Positions 54,001 through 64,000 of a stretch of DNA of 64,000 bases are shown in pieces. The notes under the pieces are model-generated. The model had not been told where the DNA came from. It did not search any database and saw only the letters and a list, made by a program, of their open reading frames with translations. The stretch is from contig OZ176057.1 in the NCBI GenBank assembly GCA_964247055.1, positions 1,736,001 to 1,800,000 on the forward strand, given 5' to 3'. This DNA comes from Paragordius varius. Its lineage: Eukaryota > Animalia > Nematomorpha. Positions within the stretch are counted from its first letter, which is position 1. Each line of letters begins with the position of its first letter. The position numbers were made by a program, and so were the translations under genes.

Positions 54001-57000
54001 AGACGATTGTATTAAAGATGATTCCAAATATCTGCCCTATAAAGGCAAAGATTTTACTTCAGTGCTTTTTCCTGATAAATCTCTGGGTAGGGGTCTACCG
54101 GTTTTAAACTGAAACGCCATACAAAAATAGCGTGGTTTCGGAGCTAATTCTCAAAAAAATTTAAAAGCCATACGAGTTCAGTTAAACACATTTCTGGGTT
54201 CGTATTATCATTCTTTCCTTTAAAAAGGGACCACCGATCATTATAATATCTTGTATTAGTTTACTATGAATAAGATGTTATAGAAATTTATAAAAAATGT
54301 AGATTTATTTTTGTCATTCTCTTCAAACCGAAATAATCTTGATAAGAGTTTTTCGTGCTGGGGTCGTTAAGAAACTTGCTACCATAAATGGGGTCGGGAA
54401 TTACAATTAAGAAGCCCTGATATAGATAGATAAAATGCGTATTAAATTTTTGAACCAACTTTTATAATTCCGCATTTGAGATGGTTCAACGGTGATTCCA
54501 ATATAATTATATAATCATAAAATTTACGGTAAAAATTAAAATTAAAACGACCAAACGTAAAAATATACAGAAACTTTAGTTTGTTAAAATACAATATTTT
54601 ATATTTTGATTTTTTGAATAAGTTCATTGATTAAAACTGTATAGCATGAAACAAAATATATATTTGTAATACAAGCAATTATGTATTTTACAATTGTAAC
54701 TAAATTATCATTATAGATTAAGCCTTACAAAAGTATGGTTGTCTTTTAAGAAAAACATTTTGTCTTTATATAATAGGCTATTGTCTTTAGTTCTTTATTA
54801 TTATTTGGGAAATATCGGAGCATACTTTTCCTTATATCATGCCTAAATATAAAAATACGTACCGGTTTTGTATTTAGGCAACTCAACCAGAAATTTTGAG
54901 ACCCACTAGTCAACATACATATATAATTAAAATATCGTTTTTATTATTGTTTAAAATTTACAATATTAAAGTATTTATCGACCATGAGGGGTGAAGTGTA
55001 GTAGTTGATATTTTCAGCAAGATGGAAATGTATTTTGAAAAAAAATTGATCATAGCTATTTCATATGTAAAAAACAGTATTTTTAAATAATTATTATGTT
55101 CATGCATTTATATTATTTTAAAATAATTAAGTGTTCAAATTCCAATAAATACTTTTTTTTATCAAAATTATTAAATATAACATACTATTAATTTAATACA
55201 ATTATTTTGTCAATTTAAACAAAGTAATTATAATTAGTATCAAATTAATTAATTTTTTTATGTTTGATAATTACTGATATATTTTAAGATTGAATCTATA
55301 AAAAAGTTTTTATACCATTTACACTTCAAATTCACCCTTGAATATCTCAAATACACCGCTGTCAAATAAAATTCTCCCTAAAAATATTGAAATTCACACA
55401 AAAATAAACTATGTGAAATTTTGTTTGAAATTAAAATATTATTGGAAAAATAATAAACGACGCCATAAATATATATTTCATATTATAATAATGATTTATA
55501 TTAGTCCGAAAACACATTATTTTTTTTAGAGGGAATTCGAATTGTAAATGGTATATACAGAGTATCATTTTCAAAAGGGTGACCTTAGAACAGGTGTATC
55601 AAAATTGTTTTTTCAAAACATCTTTAATTAATTTTAAAAGAGATTAGACAAATCTACTAGGGACGGGGGCACTGCAAAAATTTTGGTGAGACCTTAAATT
55701 TACGTTAATAAATATACGGTTTATGATTTGGTAATTGATATATTTAATATTATTTATGTTAAATTATAAAGTTACAGTATTGCGATGTAATCAATGGGGA
55801 TCTCAGGTGCAAATTAAAATTATTCCCAATAATGAAAACATATTTCAACAATTTCATTAATTGTGAATTTATAACATTTTCATTAATGTTGTATTTTTAT
55901 CGTTGTTTTTTGGGGGAGGGTTCGCAAAAAAAACGTTTTAATTTGGTGGGGCATGAACAAAAAAAGGTTGTGAACCACTGGTTTAAGGTTTCTGGTATTT
56001 TTATACCATCAAGCTAAAGACACTTTTCTAAATATGATATAATATTTTTATAATTTATAAAAGAGCCTAGGGATAAAAAGTTAACAATTGCAATAAATCA
56101 TCAGTTCTAACGTTTATTGTACAATAAAATTTTTTATATAAAAAATAAGAAGTGTATATATACATATGAAAAACTTAATTTATGAATTAAAGTCATCCAC
56201 ACCTTGACCTAATTTTATATCATTTTTAACCATTAAAATTTTTTGACAAACTCATACATAACATTTAAATAAAAGTGTAAATTTAAGTGTGACTAAAAGA
56301 AGGACTTAAAATTGCACAGCAATTCAATTCTAACAAGCAAATTGTAAAAATATTTAAACAACATGCTTAAGGGGGTGGAGGGGGTACGACTAAAAGGAGT
56401 CATGTGCCGCGGGAGACACATAAAGTAAAGGACGAATTGGAAATTTTGAACATTTTTTCAACATGTGTTATGCTTGAAATTTAGCACATCAGACAAAAAA
56501 TAGCAAGGCTTTATGTATGCTTTTGACACAATAAACAACTGGCTACACCACTGCTCAATATATAAAGTCTCGGGGAAAGTAATGAAATACAAACTTAGCC
56601 CAAACTCCTATATATATATATACAGTCATGTATCCTTATTTTATCAAAAATGTAGTATAATATTTAGTAAAAAATGGAAAAAACAAGAGCTCTATGATAT
56701 TAACAATATCATATTCATCAAAATATAAGATTGTTATAGAGCTCTTGTTTTTTCCTACCAAATATTTATAAACATTTAACGAAAAAAAATAAATTTTTGA
56801 TAAAATAAAGCATACATGACTGTAAGTATACCGTCAAATACAGCGAAAATATAATTGAAAAAAAATGTGGTATACCTCCTACCTAGATTTAGGGGGTTGT
56901 TGATACAAATTTTCGATCCGATGCGTTTTCCAACCCAAATACCATTCCCCAAACATGGCAAATTGACTGAGGTATCCTTCTTGAGGTAAAGTGTCTAACG

Positions 57001-57193
57001 ATGTCATCTCAGATGATGATATATTATTTATGTTGTTGGTTACATGGCTAATATCTCTTTTTGATTGTTGTTCATGATGCTTAAACAATCTGATAAGTTT
57101 TTGATGTGTTTTATAATTGTTGGCACAGGTTAGGATTGTGATTAGTAAGATGAGAAGGCTTGAGCAATCCTTCGATATTAATGGAATAAACAT
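42256..57193 (-). CDS. SOUL/heme-binding protein family member with a signal peptide, 5 exons, 323 aa
   Basis: Exons 57193-56883, 50840-50647, 45294-45104, 44213-44047 and 42364-42256 total 972 nt, all GT-AG and in phase. Motifs: FCDIYDCPTY, FEVRLYE..WV, GIKRLFRYISG.N, IPLSVPI, PPEPKN, YDSPLKFNDRHNEVWI. Confidence 0.92.
43678..44007. mobile_element. Family B foldback MITE in SOUL intron 4
   Basis: Tandem 21-mers in the left arm; right arm ends AAGTGCAAATGGTA. Confidence 0.75.
45025..45082. repeat. (AT)29 microsatellite just downstream of the SOUL exon 3 donor
   Basis: Direct reading. Confidence 0.95.
45760..48875 (+). mobile_element. Full-length but disabled RTE-clade LINE (APE endonuclease plus RT)
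   Basis: TSD CATGTTAGAACA at 45748-45759 and 48876-48887; CAA-type tail. Motifs MATWNTRG, LGLSETH, IIGDFNA, SDHNLL, ENYRTIALI, FVDFSKAFD, GLRQGCILSP.LFN, HYADD, YLGS. Several frameshifts and stops. Confidence 0.92.
48928..50314. mobile_element. Family B foldback element interrupted by a Helitron
   Basis: Left arm TGCCATTTGTACTT plus 21-mers; right arm ends GTGCAAATGGTA. Confidence 0.65.
49286..50079 (+). mobile_element. Non-autonomous Helitron
   Basis: A|TCTATATATTT 5' end; 3' hairpin CTCGGGCTGC-GTA-GCAGCACGAG (50046-50068) followed by CTAG|T. No TSD; inserted between A and T. Confidence 0.85.
52123..54419. mobile_element. hAT (Buster/Charlie-type) element with a nested insertion
   Basis: TIRs CAGGGCTTCTTAA / TTAAGAAGCCCTG; perfect 8-bp TSD ATATAGAT (nnnTAnnn). 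Confidence 0.88.
52213..54180 (+). mobile_element. Helitron copy carrying a ~1.5-kb tandem array
   Basis: The first ~500 bp match 49286 onward; then diverged ~300-325-bp units from ~52620 to ~54180. No clear CTAG end seen. Confidence 0.7.
56676..56755. other. 80-nt hairpin with a perfect 20-bp basal stem
   Basis: GGAAAAAACAAGAGCTCTAT (56676-56695) is the exact reverse complement of 56736-56755; the inner AACAAT/ATTGTT and ATATT/AATAT also pair. Confidence 0.7.
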
Positions 57194-58089
57194 AATAATA
57201 ATGATAATAATGAAATATTATAATATATATGCGTTATAAATCAGAATCTGGGTGGAAAAATATAGGTTGTGGTATATTCAAGAAAATTTTCATATAAAAG
57301 ATCTAAATAAAAATTGATATATCCTGTAAAAATTAATTAATTAATTAATAAATTATTGTAAAAAAATAACATACATTTTACATATTTTTTTGTTTTAAAT
57401 TTTTTTGAAAAATAAAAAGAGAAATAAAATGGAAAGCAAAAGGCTTCATATTTGTCCCATTCCATCTTATAAAATATTAAAAAAATGTAATAATTTCAAT
57501 ATTTTTTAAAAACACAAAGGTAAATTTATAATAAACTACAGCCTAATTATTCATCCACATTTGACATTAAATTATGTATATTTTATTTTATTTGAAAATG
57601 CATGTCTTTATGAAAGATAAATAATGCTTGATTTTTGTATACAACCTAGTGTTGTTAAATATTTTTTTAACCTATAAATATAAAATTTTTTAAACTATGC
57701 TTACTTACCACGTGGTAATTCAAAAAATATGGAGTAAATTGTAATGAAAATGTTAATAAATTAATTTTACTGTTTGCATTAAAAACGTTAATTCTTGGGC
57801 ATTTTAAACTAACCAATCTTTGAATAACTAAATTAAAAAATGAACATATATAAATTTAGTTTTTTTCAAACTTTTTAATGATTTGTAAAATTATATAACA
57901 CCATAAAAAATTTTGTTCAAAAATTAAATTTGAAATATGCATCTTTTGACACTTTATTTGTCTTACATGGCGCACGATTCCATCGGTGAGTCTAAAAAAT
58001 AACATGATGATATATATATATATATATATTATATATATTCTGATATGTAAATCTATCAGAATTAACTAGGTTTTTTAATTTTTGCCCTC

Positions 58090-58965
58090 ACAAGGGGTAT
58101 AAGAAAGTCATTACACTTTGGTGGTAACTGCTCCATACCAGAAAATGACAATTGATTTTTAAATAAATTTTTTTGAGATAAATGCTTCAATCAAAAAATA
58201 TCACTAAAATATATAAACCACAGATAAAAAGCAATATATTATAAATTTTAATTTATAGATGTTTGCGCTGTAAAGTCACAAATTTTTTCGTTCGTCTAAA
58301 ATGGGCTATTTCTTTTAAATCACAAAAATGTTGCGGTTGCGCGACAAAAGTTTCAAATTCAAATCTAAGCCAAATTTTGATCAAAATTTAATTTTTAGCG
58401 ATATTTTGTTGAAGCGACTTCATACTATTTGAGGCATGATGGAAACGGTATAAAAACGCTGCAAGAAAAACCTTTTTTATTTAATGATGCTGAACATTTC
58501 TATCGCTATAGAATTTTAATTTAGGGTTTCGTTTCCTATCAGTTACAGATAAATTTTTGTAAAAAACATCTTATATATTTAACCTAAATAGATGACGAAT
58601 ACATCAATCAAAATTCGAGGTGATAGAAGTTTTCAGAGTCCAATTTTATAGAGAAAGTGCTTTAGTTTTATCTTAGAGCACTTTTATACCGTTTCCATTA
58701 TACCTCAAAACAGAATAAAGTATGCTTCAACAAAATATTTCTAAAAATTAAATTTTTGAAATAAGAATGCATTTTCTTAAATATATTTTTAGTTGATATT
58801 GAAATTTAGCATGGATTTTAAACTTTTTTGGCGCAATCCCAACATTTTTGTGTTTATTTGAGAGCCCAATTTACACGAGTGAAAAAAATGGGTCTTTCTG
58901 AGCTTACATCTAAAAATTAAATTTTTTAACACTCCATTACCTTTTAGTGTAGTTTTATATCCCCG
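58090..58965. mobile_element. Foldback element with ~400-bp imperfect inverted arms
   Basis: For example atattttgttgaagc..gaggcatgatggaaacggtataaaa versus ttttataccgtttccattatacctc..gcttcaacaaaatat; similarity extends to both ends. Confidence 0.65.
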
Positions 58966-58999
58966 AGCCATATGAAAAAAGTAGGTATTAAACCAAATT

Positions 59000-59310
59000 C
59001 AAAAATATATTCTTAGCTTTTAGGTGCACAATACAGAAAGAATTTTGTTAAACATATAAAAATATTTAAAAATATTCATATCAAACTTTTTCCGGCATTT
59101 TTTTCTATATTTTTTTTAATTGCTAATGCAACAGGCATATAAATGTATATTATGGTTAGCAAATGTAAACAATTAACTTTAAGGAAATTTTACGCTACAT
59201 TTTACCAGCAAATCGATATATATTGATTTTAATATCAGCTGTTCCTTTTAATAACTTTCCCAATTTTACTCTAGAAGTCACAAAATTGTAGAAAGCATAA
59301 GTTTTATCTA
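59000..59310. repeat. Dispersed repeat family G (gctacattttaccagc..cagctgttc..gtcacaaaactgta)
   Basis: Similar blocks at ~24240, 24700-25000, 40700-40900 (inverted) and 60900-61160; termini not resolved. Confidence 0.55.
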
Positions 59311-61285
59311 ATAAAAGCAAACTAGGACAGAAAAGTGAAACGGTAAAATATTAAATATTGCTTGCTTTTTATATGTAATTTATATTATATATATAACTTA
59401 GTAATATATTTTGGAATGAAGCATAGCTTATGCTAAAAAAAAAAATTTTGCTTATTTTCTGATAGGAAAGATAAGAAAATGTCGAAAATTAAATAAAAAT
59501 ACAGATAATATCTCCATATCCTTCGATTCAGATTGAAGTAAGACCGATGCCTGTTTAAATTAAAATATTTTTATTTATAAAAAAGTGTATTCCTTTTTAA
59601 AAATTTGCACTTATGAGACATTGATGAACCAAAATATATTAAAATATTCATCTCGAATTTAGACAACATGATATTATGATTTTATTACTTAATTTAAAAT
59701 AAATGGGAAAGAAAGAAAAATCCGTTTTGTTTTATTGAAATGGAACTTTATTCTCAAAACTAAATTTATTTGCTACCACCGACTTTAGTAGTTTATTCTG
59801 TCAATAAAAACTTGGCAGGCGCTTAATATCCAGATACCTTAATTCGTATCAAAATTTTTAATATCAAGATTTTCTAAATATCTACGCGTTTCTAATATCA
59901 CATTTCTATTTTATGCTGTTAAAAGCCTAATACGCGAACTTTTATGTAATCAATAACACGTTTTCACTGTATAATTAGTGTAATTAACCTTTTCAAATAA
60001 TTATTTTTACACTTTTTTTAATTTTGATATACCTTAATAATGCAGTACACATGTAATTATTATAATATTAATAATAATTTACCAATATTAATTTGCCTAT
60101 TTTTACGAATATTTTTAATGAAATGCCCTTTACCAATAATCAGTTTGAATTCTGTTCGCCAGCCAAAACATATTTTACAAGTGTTTAAGAACGAAAACAT
60201 GACAATAACATTAAGGTAGTGGATAAAAAAATTTATATATCAAAATTAATATTTGAACTAATTTTCCTATTTTGAAAAAAGAGTAAAAAATCTGATTTTA
60301 AATGCCAAATCAATATATCCGTAACAATTTTAAAATATAAAGTTTATCATATAATCAATCATTTGATTAAAAAAAATGGTAATTAAATATAAAATGTTTG
60401 ACTTAGTTCAAAGAACGGTTTTTTGCTAGAATTAAATGTAAAAAATATAGTTTGAAATTTAAGCTGTTTATTGCACTTTTTTGTAATAAATAAAAACTAA
60501 TACACCTTATTTAAAGCATTAAACCATGGTTGTTATAAATACTATTATTTGGTACTTTTTTACAAAACTCCGTGTTTTAATATTAAAAATGATCCTAAAG
60601 AATTTGCCTTTTTATCTTTATTCAATTTTGTGTTTAATTAATAAGCGATGAAAATATCCAAAATCTTCTTTTAATTTATCTAAGAATATAGTGGGGATAT
60701 ATTTTGTGATCTTATATCAATTAATATATGTGAAATAATGCCATTAACAATTTCGAAAACAAAATTTGCAGGATAAGTTTTAACTGTGTATTACCTTTTG
60801 GGGTAGTTGGGTATCCCAGAGCCATTTAAAATATAAATATCTTAAAAAGTATTTAATGTAGTAAGCCACATTTAAAAATAGCTTAGTCTTTGAAGAACAT
60901 TAACCAAAAAACCCCCATTTTAAACTTTTTTGCCGCCCTTTTTTCTATAATTTTTTAATTGATAATGCAACAGGTTAATAAGTAAATACTATGGTTAGAA
61001 AATGTAAATTATAAATAAGAAGCTTTCATGCTACATTTTAACAGTAATAACTTATATATATAATATTAGTTGTTCCTTTAAATCGTGTTTTGTGACTGAC
61101 CCAATTTTAGATTCTACGAGTCACAAAACTGTAAAAAAATAAGCTTTTTTATCTCATAAATGAGTATTTTTTAACTAAAATAATTTTCAAAACTGTAGTT
61201 TTTTTACGAAATTGAGTTATATGGGACATAAAATTACTCCAAAATATAAACAAGTACAAAAAGGTGGAAAGGTAATGAAGTGTTA

Positions 61286-61549
61286 ATGAATTTTTTGCAT
61301 ATATTTTTAAGTTTACATTCAACACTATCATACGTAAGTTATCATTGGAACGATTTTGCTCCCATTTTATCGGCCTCTCGCGATTTTGAGACGCCAAATA
61401 ACATGGGGAATACAGGTGTTAGCTTGCAAAATGACACATGGAATACTCAAACCTCGGCTCTTTATAACGGTAAAATAAATATTACGTATCATATCACACA
61501 AAAACAGGAAAGACATAGTGTTTCTGCTCGCCTTATTGAGGATAAAATT
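61286..61549 (+). CDS. Candidate first exon of an unknown, possibly secreted protein
   Basis: ATG-initiated 88-codon frame in a GC-richer island ending at an AAAATT/GTAAGA donor. An internal GTAAGT at ~61334 makes the structure uncertain. Confidence 0.4.
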
Positions 61550-62129
61550 GTAAGATTTTAATATAAAATATTTATTACGGGGTTATTTTAACGGTCAGAA
61601 TTAAATTTCTTGAGTCTTGGGCTTTTTATGATGGATTTTGAGGCATTTTATTATTGTTGGAATCAAAGATTATTAAAAAATTTGCAAATTTAACGCACAT
61701 TATGATAAACAAAATTTTTTTCGGTCAATTGTTACAAATATTGATTCATTTTTATGTAATCCACCCCCACCACTCCCCCTCCCATAAATTTTTTTTAACG
61801 AATAGATGGAAATTAAATTCAAATATAAATCTCAATCAATTATTATTTCATTTTTTTAATATTTTTCAACAAAGTAAAAATCAAATTTAATAATTATGGA
61901 ATCAATATAAGGGTCCCCAAACAACCACAATCTTGTAAGAGAACTATCTAAAGAAGGAGTTTTATTATAAATAAATACATGAAGCATGATGGGACAATAA
62001 AATGATCCACATATGTGGATTTTTTCGAAACATTATTTAATAACTATGATCTCATAGGAATTTTAAAACGGTGCATTCATACTAATATATTGTTTACTTA
62101 AGCAAAAATTAGATTTAAAAAATTACCTT

Positions 62130-62485
62130 TTTAAAAAAATGGCATTTTACGGGGGGAGCGGGTAAAAAGAGGGCCTAAATTAAAAATGCGACCGACTATG
62201 TTCGGCTCAATCGAAAATAAGTAAACAAAAATTATATTTGAAATTGAACGGTCCAACACGTTTTCCGGAAAATTGTCTCAAAGACACGATTTTTGTGGAC
62301 GTTTTCAAAAAAACCCGTTTTTTACACGGGGTGGGCCCGGAACTGGGGGCCTAATTTAAAAAAGGGCGAAGTTATTGTCGGGGCATTCATAAATGATTTT
62401 AATTTTTCGATATTTGGATTTGAATGGGTTTACCGGTTTTCCGGAAACAAATTACAAAGCCAGCATTTTCCATTAAATATATAGA
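62130..62485 (-). mobile_element. Helitron 5' fragment (same family as 49286)
   Basis: The reverse complement begins A|TCTATATATTT and follows the 49286 and 52213 copies for ~350 bp. Confidence 0.8.
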
Positions 62486-64000
62486 TTATGTTTTTCTATG
62501 GCTTAACACAATTAGACTGCCGGATATTTAATATACTAAAACAATCGTCTAAATAAAATTCGCAATTGTATATTAATATAAGTAAAATTGATGATAGTAA
62601 CCACAATAATTGGGCTCAATCATAAAAGAGGTTTAAATCGCTATCTTAAGCACTCATAGTTTTTTATCACCTAATATCTAACGTAAGGTTAAAGAGCTAC
62701 ACAAATGGCTTCGCCGTTCGCATTTTCAACTTAAACTTAAATTAAGCGGGCCGCAATCGAAAAAAATTGAACAGGTGGAAATCAAAAAATACTATATTAT
62801 GCAATCATCTGTAAACAACCACCATATATCGGCTGGTTAGCGAATTTCGGAACGATATATTCAGATTCGCCTACATTAAAAAAAATAAAAATTGTATATA
62901 TTTATCTTTACGACTTTCGTGTAAAATTTTTTTGATTTAAGCACTCATTATAGTTAATGTATATGTGATATAATTTTGATAACGGCATTAAAATAGCTCT
63001 TTACCTAAAATGGGTGTTAATAAAAAAAAGAGATAATTCTAAATAATATATCTTAAAAAATAATCTTTTAAAGTAAATGTTACACATTTTATAATTTTTA
63101 TTTTTTTTTGAAATTTTTCGTGAGCCGTAAATAATTTTGGAGGGCCGCGCATTCGAAACCCCTGGATTGTTATTTATTAATAATATTCTAAAGATTGAAT
63201 CAAAATTTGACAAAAACTAAAAACGGAAATTGGCCAAATATTATTAAAATCTTTGAAATTATAACCAGAGATACAATTTAAACAAACCCGTTAATTTTAG
63301 CCATTGTAAAACAGTGGTACTCAAATCGTGGACCTAAAAGTGCTTTTTTATGATCCTCAATTATTAATTTAATTATTAAATGTACCCATTAAGAGTAAAA
63401 ATCTGCATATGTGTCAAATAGCTATGCAATGTCATTAATGTTTGGGGAACGGCCATTAAAACACAAAATAATTTACGCGGGCCCTTAATTTGGTCAGTAT
63501 CAAAGGTGTAAACTCATTCGTTTTTTTAATTTAACCTTTATTATTATAATGGAAGGCCCTGCGTTTTCGTTATTTTTACAAATGCCTATATATTAATATT
63601 AGTTCTAAATGCATATATCCGATTTTCAAATAAAATCTTTAAGATATATTCTCTCAAAGTTAAGAGTAGCCTCCAAACTGTGCGCACTATGTGACAAAAC
63701 ATCCCTAAGGGGCCAAAGCTAATAATATTAAATTTAAATACCTTTTATGCTTTTTAAGAAAATCAAAATAAATTTAATATCATAAGAAATATGATATATT
63801 TTTTTGAGGATAATAAACCCATGTATCTTTTCCCACAATCGAAGTCATCATGGGAGGCACCCTGATATACATATATTCCATAATAGCATGCATTTTGGGC
63901 CAACAAAATGGTACACTCATCTTTAAAACCCGATAAATCCAACAGCATGATGCTAAATAGTTCATCCAATAAATTTTATATATTGACTGTTTTGCAATAC

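Noticed and set aside
49282-62484. Similar ORFs at 49282-49527, 52258-52479 and 62293-62484 suggesting a small gene family
   Set aside because: All are antisense to the same Helitron 5' region, with inconsistent starts, stops and frames.
1-64000. Alternative genetic code or stop read-through to explain the broken frames
   Set aside because: The intact genes use TAA and TAG (and TGA in X0) as normal stops and TGG for Trp; the breaks are indels confined to TEs and gene Y.

Overview
Very AT-rich eukaryotic (animal-like) genomic DNA read in the standard genetic code with GT-AG introns. I saw no rRNA, tRNA or CRISPR array, and the taxon cannot be fixed from the sequence. Left third (1-23 kb): an old tandem duplication of a tail-to-tail gene pair, made of an intronless multi-TM orphan ORF (X, +) and a multi-exon orphan probable glycoprotein (Y, -) that is partly degenerate. 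Middle (25-37.5 kb): a compact cluster containing a spliced 4-TM LAPTM/DUF4728-like gene, an intronless LARP6, a SERF gene with 30- and 27-nt introns, and an SRSF2-type RRM gene lacking an RS domain. Right (42-57 kb): a five-exon SOUL/heme-binding-family gene with a signal peptide; its introns hold a full-length RTE LINE with a target-site duplication (TSD), Helitrons and hAT elements. The remainder is dense with non-autonomous DNA transposons (Tc1/mariner-type, hAT, Helitron, one Transib-like element, and three foldback families sharing a TACCATTT terminus) plus decayed LINEs. All family assignments come from motif recognition by eye; no searches were run.
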